Assembly (NCBI GenBank): GCA_026391415.1
Contig: JAPLEL010000098.1
Span: forward strand, 1,162-65,161
Length of the DNA: 64,000 bases
From: Bacteroidota bacterium
Lineage (GTDB): Bacteria > Bacteroidota > Bacteroidia > Chitinophagales > Chitinophagaceae
Direction of reading: 5' to 3'
Shown here: in pieces, positions 20,376-26,856 of the stretch
Position numbering within the stretch: the first letter of the stretch is position 1
Layout of the letters: each line of letters begins with the position of its first letter
Made by a program: the position numbers and the translations under genes
Notes under the pieces: generated by a model
The model's input: only the letters and a program-made list of their open reading frames with translations
The model's database searches: none
Told to the model about the DNA's origin: nothing

Positions 20376-20735
20376 TCACAATACAATAAAATACAGAATT
20401 GCAATTTTTTGTTGACTTCTTGGTGAACCGTCAATTCGGCCAACAATATTATAATTGCCATCTTTAATTGTGTTACCGTCAATTCGGCCAACAATATTAT
20501 AATTACCGTCTTTAATTATGTTACCGTCAATTCGGCCTATAATATTATAATTACCGTCTTTAATTATGTTACCGTCAATTCGGCCTATAATATTATAATT
20601 ATTATTTTTCACAATATCACCGTCAATACGCAATTGGATATTATAATTTCCATCTTTTACCGTAATTGATTGCGACACTGCGGAGAAACCAAAAAGTGTT
20701 ACTAAAAGAAGACTAAGAAAAATAGTTTTTTTCAT
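20376..20735 (-). CDS. secreted tandem-repeat protein (16-aa KDGNYNIxGRIDGNxI repeats)
   Basis: Signal peptide MKKTIFLSLLLVTLFGFSAVSQS followed by about 5 in-frame 16-aa repeats. The C-terminal tail is non-repeat and may be a truncation read-through. Confidence 0.65.
   Translation of the reverse strand: MKKTIFLSLLLVTLFGFSAVSQSITVKDGNYNIQLRIDGDIVKNNNYNIIGRIDGNIIKDGNYNIIGRIDGNIIKDGNYNIVGRIDGNTIKDGNYNIVGRIDGSPRSQQKIAILYFIVL
20427..20666. repeat. 48-nt tandem repeat, 5 units (coding)
   Basis: Unit starts (ACCGTCAAT...) occur at 20427, 20475, 20523, 20571 and 20619, an exact 48-nt period. Confidence 0.9.
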
Positions 20736-20883
20736 TTTATTATAATTTAAGTTTTGCCTACTTCAAGTTTTTAGGTCTTGTTCGGCATATTCTGACCCGA
20801 TATTATTTTTTGGACTATTCTCTGACTTTTCTTAGTCAGGTTGATTCAGTGGCTTTTGTCTTAATCTTGTTTATTAATATTAC

Positions 20884-20963
20884 CCATAACGGTTTGCGCG
20901 TAGGCGATGTTGTCTTGTGTAGCGCCTGCGGCAAGGCAATATTGCTTACACGCTGTAATAAGC
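20884..20963 (-). repeat. attC-like imperfect palindrome, site 1 (short type)
   Basis: Ends CCATAACGGTTTGCG ... CGCTGTAATAAGC, with the right core degenerate. The inner stem is TTGTCTTG/CAAGGCAA around the conserved loop GCGCCTGCGGCA. It lies 3 nt from the stop of 20967..21395 and is homologous to site 5. Confidence 0.5.
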
Positions 20964-20966
20964 AGA

Positions 20967-21395
20967 TTAACCTCTAAGGCAATTTTTCAAATCAAACTTC
21001 AGGACAGAGGAAAAACAATTACCATCTTCCTCATCAAAGTCTGGCTTGCTAATTCTCCAACATTCTGATTCTTCAATATTAAAAATAAATACCTCTTTCA
21101 ATGAGCGAATTTCTTTAATTGCCTTTTTTACTTTTTTTATATCTGAATTCCAGCTTCTATTTCTAGTTACTTCTATGATTATCTCTGGTTGATTCCATGT
21201 ACTTTCTCTCTTTTTAACTGAAATATCCGGAATTATATAACCGTCTTTTAGATCTTCATTTCTTAACACTACTTCTGGTGCTACTTTAAATTCGTATTGC
21301 AATCCCCTACTTTGTAAATGCCTACGAATGTGATAAATAAAATCTGAAATCACTTCCTGATGAAGGGGGATGTTGTAACCTGAAATCTGAGACAT
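20967..21395 (-). CDS. small PD-(D/E)XK-like protein (Uma2/DUF820-like)
   Basis: Pattern YIIPDISV ... PEIIIEVTRN ... KKVKK ... EVFIFN resembles the D...E-x-K core and layout of Uma2-family endonucleases. This is motif-level evidence only. Confidence 0.4.
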   Translation of the reverse strand: MSQISGYNIPLHQEVISDFIYHIRRHLQSRGLQYEFKVAPEVVLRNEDLKDGYIIPDISVKKRESTWNQPEIIIEVTRNRSWNSDIKKVKKAIKEIRSLKEVFIFNIEESECWRISKPDFDEEDGNCFSSVLKFDLKNCLRG

Positions 21396-21518
21396 ATATT
21401 TAGTTGTTTATTTGCTTGTAGCGTGTGTTAGCAGAAGTTTGTTGGATTTTATTTCATACTTCTATTAATCCTCAACGACTGGTTTCGAGCGTCGAGAGTG
21501 TAGTTCTTTTTGTATTTC

Positions 21519-21650
21519 TGCTAACGGTTTCGGTCTTGGCGAAGTGGGGGATTTAGAAGCACAAATGTTCGGTTAATCACTAATGTTGTTAGAAGTACAA
21601 ATGCTCAATTTAGCAATTCTGCCCCCATTTTGCCAAACCTTTGTTAGCGG
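21519..21650 (-). repeat. attC-like imperfect palindrome, site 2 (long type)
   Basis: Ends TGCTAACGGTTTCGG ... CCTTTGTTAGCGG. The arms pair with bulges (GGCGAAGTGGGGG / CCCCCATTTTGCC). The TAA stop of 21644..22426 lies inside the GCTAAC core on the minus strand. Confidence 0.5.
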
Positions 21651-22426
21651 TTCGTTGTTTTTTGTTTTGTTGTATTAAATCTGTATGAAAGTCCCAATGA
21701 TATATAGTTTTTTGGTGCATTTTCAGTAAGTCCAAAACCTCCTGAAATGTCAGCCAAAATGTCGTTTTTTATTAAATATGTCAAACCGCAGTCAAATCTA
21801 TGGTCTGCCTTGTTTTCTGCTGGTAAAAATCCATATAATTCAGTATAACAACCAATTTTTTCTGTCAAACTAAAACCTGTAGTTAATGTGTAGATATAAC
21901 TATGTTCCGCATTTTCGCCATTCCATTCTGCTCCTAAATTATAAGCAAGTGATATTTTTTCTGTCAATGTGTGTTGCATTGTAAACCTAAAAGAAGGTGC
22001 AATATGTTTCGTCTGAAATTCTTTACTGCTAATATTTGAAGTTGTAATATGTCCAATAAATGAAGTTTTTGGAATAAATCCTTTTTCTTCAAATAGTGAA
22101 GTTTTAAATCCAATCGTTATTGGTAAAAGCCCCGTATTTGTATTTCCGTTTGTTTTTTCTGAAACCAATTCTGTAATTAGTCTTAATTCAAACTTTTCAT
22201 TAATTCCATATTTCCATAATGTTGAAGGATAATTATATGACTTTTGGTTTTGGTCAAAATTTTCAATGGTAAAACCATTTTCAATTTGAATGTATTTTTT
22301 GGGTGTAATAAATGGACACTCTGTTTGGTCGGGTCGGTCTAACTGAATTGCAGGCAAACTTTGTCCATATAGGTTGTCAATAGTTGTTCCAAAGCATATT
22401 GCGAAATGAATAAAATATTTTGCCAT
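21644..22426 (-). CDS. outer-membrane beta-barrel, MetA-pathway-of-phenol-degradation-like transporter family
   Basis: The N-terminal LDRPDQTECPFITPKKYIQIENGF motif and beta-barrel-like repeats resemble that outer-membrane family. Confidence 0.6.
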   Translation of the reverse strand: MAKYFIHFAICFGTTIDNLYGQSLPAIQLDRPDQTECPFITPKKYIQIENGFTIENFDQNQKSYNYPSTLWKYGINEKFELRLITELVSEKTNGNTNTGLLPITIGFKTSLFEEKGFIPKTSFIGHITTSNISSKEFQTKHIAPSFRFTMQHTLTEKISLAYNLGAEWNGENAEHSYIYTLTTGFSLTEKIGCYTELYGFLPAENKADHRFDCGLTYLIKNDILADISGGFGLTENAPKNYISLGLSYRFNTTKQKTTNR

Positions 22427-22480
22427 TTTAATGTTGTATTTCAGTTTTACGTTGTCTGTTTAGGTGTCGTTTTACAATGA

Positions 22481-22615
22481 CCGCTAACGTTTTGCAGCTA
22501 AAAGAAGTTGGCGATTTTTACCACAAATGTTCATACGAAGAACCAATGTTAAAGATAGCAAAAAATGTCAAACGAAGCGATAAGCCACCGCTTTTGCAAA
22601 CCCAATGTTATGGGC
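22481..22615 (-). repeat. attC-like imperfect palindrome, site 3 (long type)
   Basis: Ends CCGCTAACGTTTTGCAGC ... CTTTTGCAAACCCAATGTTATGGGC. It shares internal motifs with sites 2 and 4 (GAAGTTGGCGA, TACCACAAATGTTC). Confidence 0.5.
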
Positions 22616-22690
22616 TGGCATATTTCCAAATGTGGTTTTAATTATTAGCTAAAATCTTTTGTCGTGGTATAGAAAAACGACTAGAATAAT

Positions 22691-22876
22691 ATGAGTAAAG
22701 TTCAAAAAATTTGGGTTGTAACAAAACTAACAAAACGTTCCACGCTGATTGACATTCTGTTTAGTGCAGATATGAAACGAATGGAATTACAGTTTAAGGG
22801 AGGCTTGTCTGGAAGCGAAATTATCGGTAATTTACAACGAAAACCGAAGCCGAAAAAGTTGCTAAAATGGCGTTAA
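22691..22876 (+). CDS. hypothetical small basic protein upstream of fic
   Basis: 61-aa ORF on the same strand as the Fic gene. No recognisable family; coding status uncertain. Confidence 0.3.
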   Translation: MSKVQKIWVVTKLTKRSTLIDILFSADMKRMELQFKGGLSGSEIIGNLQRKPKPKKLLKWR

Positions 22877-22948
22877 TAAAAGCCGGTGCAATTAACAAGT
22901 TTTAATTAGTTGGCGGATTAATTCCGACAACTTTAAAAAATATTTATT

Positions 22949-23737
22949 ATGGGAAAACACCTAAAATTAATATCGGTTGAATATTTGCATGAATATTCAA
23001 ATAAAGTAAAAGTTGATTGGTTTGAAGTTTTTAATAAGCTAAAATCCAAAACTCAATTTTCAATCGAGGATTTTGAATATTATATTATATCATCATCTCT
23101 TTATTCGTCAAAAATTGAAGGTAATAGCCTTGATGCTAATAGTTTCTTTAGAAATCGAGGTAAGAAAACATCGCCTAAAAAGAAAGAGGTACAAGAAATC
23201 GAAGCGCTTATGGAAGCACATAAATTTGCTTCTGAAAATAAATTAAATAGAACAACTTTTTTAAAATGTCATTTGATACTATCAAAAACTTTATTACCAG
23301 TTAAAGAAAGAGGTGTTTTAAGAAAAGAACAAGTTGGTGTTAGAGATTCTAAAACATTAAAACCTGTTTATTTAGCGGCAGAACCTCAATTTCTCAAGGA
23401 AGAATTTAGTAAACTGTTTGACGATATTGATGAATTATTAAAAAGAGAATTAAGCCATAAAGAAATATTATATTTTGCGTCAATGATTCATATATGGTTA
23501 GCTAAAATACACCCTTTTAGTGATGGTAATGGAAAGTCTGCACGATTATTGGAAAAGTGGTTTTTAGTTTCAAAATTGGGTCTTTCTGCATGGTCAATTA
23601 ATTCTGAAAAATATTATTGGGATAACCGTCCCGATTATTATCAAAATATTGCTCTTGGATATAATTATTATGTTCTTTATTGGAACAGATGTATACCATT
23701 CTTGTTAATGTTGCCAGAAGCTATGCGGCTGTCCTAA
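22949..23737 (+). CDS. Fic family protein (class II, internal inhibitory helix)
   Basis: Fic motif HPFSDGNGKSAR (nt 23510-23545) and an N-terminal inhibitory motif SSKIEG matching [ST]xxxE[GN] (nt 23105-23122). Confidence 0.85.
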   Translation: MGKHLKLISVEYLHEYSNKVKVDWFEVFNKLKSKTQFSIEDFEYYIISSSLYSSKIEGNSLDANSFFRNRGKKTSPKKKEVQEIEALMEAHKFASENKLNRTTFLKCHLILSKTLLPVKERGVLRKEQVGVRDSKTLKPVYLAAEPQFLKEEFSKLFDDIDELLKRELSHKEILYFASMIHIWLAKIHPFSDGNGKSARLLEKWFLVSKLGLSAWSINSEKYYWDNRPDYYQNIALGYNYYVLYWNRCIPFLLMLPEAMRLS

Positions 23738-23744
23738 TCATTTG

Positions 23745-23880
23745 CCCATAACGTTCCGCCGCTTCATGAAGTGGCGAACTTCGTAACAGCATATTTTCCA
23801 CTAAGAAAATATTTCTTGCGAAAGAAAAATGTGATTTTACCACATTTTTCGCCATTTCTTGAAACGGCTGTTATGCGTTC
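23745..23880 (-). repeat. attC-like imperfect palindrome, site 4 (long type)
   Basis: Ends CCCATAACGTTCCGCC ... ACGGCTGTTATGCGTTCGGC, with an internal hairpin GTTCCGCCGCTTCATGAAGTGGCGAAC. It lies 10 nt from the HigA-like stop and 7 nt from the Fic stop. Confidence 0.5.
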
Positions 23881-23890
23881 GGCAATTTAT

Positions 23891-24202
23891 TTACAGAATT
23901 GCAACTTTTTGATTTAGCAACTCAACATTGAAATTTACCTTTGCATTTAGTGCTTTGAAAACTTTCATTATTGTGTCAAATCGTGCATCAGTTAAGCTAT
24001 TTTCAATTTTCGAAATTTGTGCTTTTTTGACACCAACTAACTCGCCTAATTGCTCTTGAGTTAAATTTCTGTCTTTACGAATTTGCTTGATTGTTTGGCC
24101 AATAAGTTCAAGCTTTAATTCATTTTCAAAAGCATCTCTATTTTGAGTTCCTTTCTTTCCAACGAATTTATCAGTTACTTCATCTAAACTATATGTTTTC
24201 AT
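23891..24202 (-). CDS. XRE-family HTH antitoxin (HigA-like)
   Basis: HTH segment RKDRNLTQEQLGELVGVKKAQISKIENS. It lies 4 nt downstream of the toxin gene, the toxin-first order typical of HigBA. Confidence 0.85.
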   Translation of the reverse strand: MKTYSLDEVTDKFVGKKGTQNRDAFENELKLELIGQTIKQIRKDRNLTQEQLGELVGVKKAQISKIENSLTDARFDTIMKVFKALNAKVNFNVELLNQKVAIL

Positions 24203-24206
24203 AATA

Positions 24207-24545
24207 TTATTTTTTTTCGTTAAAATATTTTATTCTTAAAGCTTCAGCTCTTTCTATTTCTGCTTTTGGAGTTTTATCTGTTTTCTTTATAAAACCATTT
24301 GATGAAACTACGATTGTATCTTGTTTGTTGGACTTGTCCCAAAAAGCAAGTAATCTGATATATTGCTTATTGTACAAAGTTCTAAATTCCCAAATTTCTC
24401 CATCAAGTTTTTTAAATAATTCGTTATCATTTACACTTCTTGATTTCCAAATATTGTAAAGTATTTTTTCTCTTGACTTTTGATCTAAACTTTCCAAAAA
24501 TTCCATTACTGGTTCAAGAAATTCAACTTTGAATTTATATTCCAT
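24207..24545 (-). CDS. type II toxin, RelE/HigB superfamily (phage Gp49-like)
   Basis: 112 aa, with WEFRTLYNKQYIRLLAFWDK typical of Gp49-like killer proteins. It is paired with the HTH antitoxin. Confidence 0.8.
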   Translation of the reverse strand: MEYKFKVEFLEPVMEFLESLDQKSREKILYNIWKSRSVNDNELFKKLDGEIWEFRTLYNKQYIRLLAFWDKSNKQDTIVVSSNGFIKKTDKTPKAEIERAEALRIKYFNEKK

Positions 24546-24630
24546 TTGATGCTTTTAAATTATTTTGGGTAAAGATATAAGTTTCCTTTTTAAGAAACAA
24601 ATTTTCTTAGAATTTTCGGGCGGATTGCTG

Positions 24631-24714
24631 ACGCATAACGGTTTGCGTGCAGGCGATCGTAGCCCTGTGTTGCGCCTGCGGCAGGGCTATGGCGCTTGCA
24701 CGCTGTTATGCGTT
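24631..24714 (-). repeat. attC-like imperfect palindrome, site 5 (short type)
   Basis: ACGCATAACGGTTTGCGTGCAGGCG ... GGCGCTTGCACGCTGTTATGCGT. The inner stem is a perfect TAGCCCTG/CAGGGCTA around the loop GCGCCTGCGG. It lies 6 nt from the stop of 24721..26334. Confidence 0.55.
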
Positions 24715-24720
24715 CGGCTT

Positions 24721-26334
24721 TTAGTCATCGGTCAAAGGTTTTATCATATCAACATAGTTTATTGGTTTTGCTAAAACTGGAACATTGTCTAATGTTTTTC
24801 CGTGTTCAAAAATTTGCCGCCAATAATCGTAGTTCTTTTTACCTGCAAAAATTGTCCCTGCCATACCACGGTCTTTCCAAAGTGGCAATGATTTTAGGTT
24901 TTTTACGAAGTTGGTAATGTTAGTCCAAAGTTGGTCGTCAAACTTTTGTTGGAATACTGAACTTTTGTTGAATTTTTTTCCTGTGTTACTAAAATAGTTA
25001 TTAATAACATCACTTATGTAACTTAACCAACTTATCAAAATTTCTTCTTTACTCATACGATAAGAAATAAGATGATTGTCCGAAATGTCAATATCTTTTC
25101 CATCAACTATTTTGCTTTCAATTCTTGCAACACCGATTTCTGGTTGGAAATTAGAAACATAAATTTCGTCCGCAAGAATGTTTAGTAATTTAATTGCCTG
25201 GGAAATTTCTAATTCTCTTGGATTAAGCCCTTCGTCTGATTTAAAATTTATTGGTGTTGCAAGTAGTTGTTTGCTGTCAATGAAAATTGTCAAAAAAGAC
25301 TTGTCAAAAGCACTATAAGAAATTGGCAATTCTTTCGCTTTACCATCTCTGTCAATGTAGTCTTTCAATTTATTTTCATTAGCTTCTGTTATCGAATGCT
25401 TAATGCTGTCAATGATATATTTTTTAATATTAGCGTTGTCACCTTTAAAATAGTCTACCAATTTTTGTTCAGAAAACGTAAAATCATCTTCTTTAAAACT
25501 ATGGTCTTCTTGATATTTTTTTATTCGTTCGTAATATAGTGTGTTATTTAATTGTCGCATTACCGATTTGTCAAAAGCTATTTGGCTTAAAACACTTCCA
25601 GCATTTGTGTTTGTTTCTGTCAACCTGTCGATATCAGGATCAATAAAAACTCTAATTAAAATTCGTTTGTTGCCCAATAAAATTTGGGCTACCGCTTTAT
25701 GTTGTCCATCGAATATTTTAATTTTATTGTTTTCAACACGTCCTAAACTTAAATGCAACTGGGGATTTTTCTTATCGAATTCCTTTACCAGTTTGCTAAT
25801 ACTGTTATTTATTCCCCTTGGATTTATTAATTCATCGTGATAGATGTATTCAATTGGAAATGAAATGAAGCAGGTTTTTTCATTTGATAAAAAGTCTGTG
25901 TGAACTTCTGTTTCATAAATTTTGTTGTCGCCTAATTCAGAAAAACTGTATGAAAGTTTATCTCCTTTTATTGTAAACTTGAAGTCATGCTTTGAGCCGC
26001 TGTAAGCAACTAAAAGTTGTTTTAATGATGCAGATTTATTTTCTGCTTGTAATGTGTCCTCTTGTATTTTTTTAAGTTTGTAAAGAGTCCGAGCTATTTT
26101 CAAATCAGCGTCTTGTTTTGACTTATTACAACTTTCGTGGGTTACTGCAAAATTCTCTTCACTGTCTTTACCTTTATTAGCCAATGGAGTAATATGGTCA
26201 ATATTTGTCGTGTGAAGTTTTAGGTCTAACGGTTCATTACAAATGAAACATTTGCTGTTTTGAATCTTCCATAATTTCTCAGTCAACTGGTCGTAGTCAA
26301 CTGTCGCTAATGATTTTAAATATTTTGATGCCAT
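24721..26334 (-). CDS. HNH endonuclease fused to a DGQHR/ParB-like (DndB-like) domain
   Basis: N-terminal HNH motif (CFICNEPL...IDHITPLANKGKDSEENFAVTHESCNKSK, nt 26116-26250). A central motif KIFDGQHKAVAQILLG (DGQHK at nt 25696-25710) resembles the DGQHR/DGQQR motif. The long C-terminal region was not assigned. Confidence 0.7.
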   Translation of the reverse strand: MASKYLKSLATVDYDQLTEKLWKIQNSKCFICNEPLDLKLHTTNIDHITPLANKGKDSEENFAVTHESCNKSKQDADLKIARTLYKLKKIQEDTLQAENKSASLKQLLVAYSGSKHDFKFTIKGDKLSYSFSELGDNKIYETEVHTDFLSNEKTCFISFPIEYIYHDELINPRGINNSISKLVKEFDKKNPQLHLSLGRVENNKIKIFDGQHKAVAQILLGNKRILIRVFIDPDIDRLTETNTNAGSVLSQIAFDKSVMRQLNNTLYYERIKKYQEDHSFKEDDFTFSEQKLVDYFKGDNANIKKYIIDSIKHSITEANENKLKDYIDRDGKAKELPISYSAFDKSFLTIFIDSKQLLATPINFKSDEGLNPRELEISQAIKLLNILADEIYVSNFQPEIGVARIESKIVDGKDIDISDNHLISYRMSKEEILISWLSYISDVINNYFSNTGKKFNKSSVFQQKFDDQLWTNITNFVKNLKSLPLWKDRGMAGTIFAGKKNYDYWRQIFEHGKTLDNVPVLAKPINYVDMIKPLTDD

Positions 26335-26381
26335 ATTTTTTTTGTTTGATTTTGTTGTCGTTTGTTTGTTTTATTAAGCTG

Positions 26382-26586
26382 ATGCATAACGGACAGGGCT
26401 TGCTGCTGTGCTGGTATTTTATAATGTCCAGCCCGGAACCGCTGCTGATTGAAAAACTGAAGTTGAAGTTAACAACAAAAAGCTGAACATTGAACGTCGA
26501 GCCCGGACTACTGCTGATAGCGAACAAAAAGATGAGGATTTATTCGTCAGCCAGCATAGCAGCAAACCCCCTGTTGTACGTTCGCC
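26382..26586 (-). repeat. attC-like imperfect palindrome, site 6 (extra long, internal direct repeats)
   Basis: TGCATAACGGACAGGGCTTGCTGCTGTGCTGG pairs with CCAGCATAGCAGCAAACCCCCTGTTGTACG. Internal direct repeats AGCCCGGAACCGCTGCTGAT and AGCCCGGACTACTGCTGAT. About 200 nt long, above the usual attC size. Confidence 0.4.
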
Positions 26587-26651
26587 CTTCGTCTTGGTGT
26601 GTCAAACTAAATACTGTGTCCAATGAAGTAGGGTGTGTCCCGGAAGCGTTG

Positions 26652-26729
26652 GCACAAGGCAGGCTCTTTTGCAAGGTTAGCTTTTGTGTGTCGGCTTTGT
26701 GTGCATTGCAAATGTGCCTGCCTTGGTGC
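26652..26729. other. conserved structured element, copy A (extended hairpin; RNA or ssDNA)
   Basis: Outer stem GCACAAGGCAGGC/GCCTGCCTTGGTGC (13 bp, one bulged G). Inner TTTGCAA/TTGCAAA stem and an apical loop TTAGCTTTTGTGTGTCGGCTTTGTGTG that is shared with copy B. Confidence 0.5.
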
Positions 26730-26856
26730 GTTGGCTAATACTACTGCATCATTGCGTTTATTTTTTTCTGCGACTCGTCCTTAAAACACAACCTGTAATT
26801 CAAAGTCATGGTCTGCCCATTTAAGTAAAAACTTACAAAGATAAAATTGTCTTAAA

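Noticed and set aside
20197-20415. 72-aa plus-strand ORF
   Set aside because: It is antisense to the HigB-like remnant and to the end of the repeat-protein gene. The composition is low-complexity and AT-rich, and the homology to 24.2-24.4 kb is explained by the minus-strand toxin frame.
20427-20666. Regular short repeats that could be mistaken for a CRISPR array
   Set aside because: The units are directly adjacent with an exact 48-nt period and no spacers. They are in frame inside an ORF with a signal peptide, and no cas genes are present.
20884-26586. attC-like palindromes interpreted as plain rho-independent terminators
   Set aside because: None is followed by a T tract on the coding (minus) strand. 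They are 80-200 nt long with bulged arms and share conserved terminal core sequences, which simple terminators do not require.
26490-26738. 82-aa ORF whose C-terminal part (FCKVSFCVSALCALQMC) resembles a peptide in the ORF at 35275..35463
   Set aside because: The shared peptide coincides exactly with the conserved hairpin core. The flanking codons differ (AQGRLF versus AFLAL) in precisely the way that preserves base pairing of the outer stem. Conservation therefore acts on structure, not on protein.
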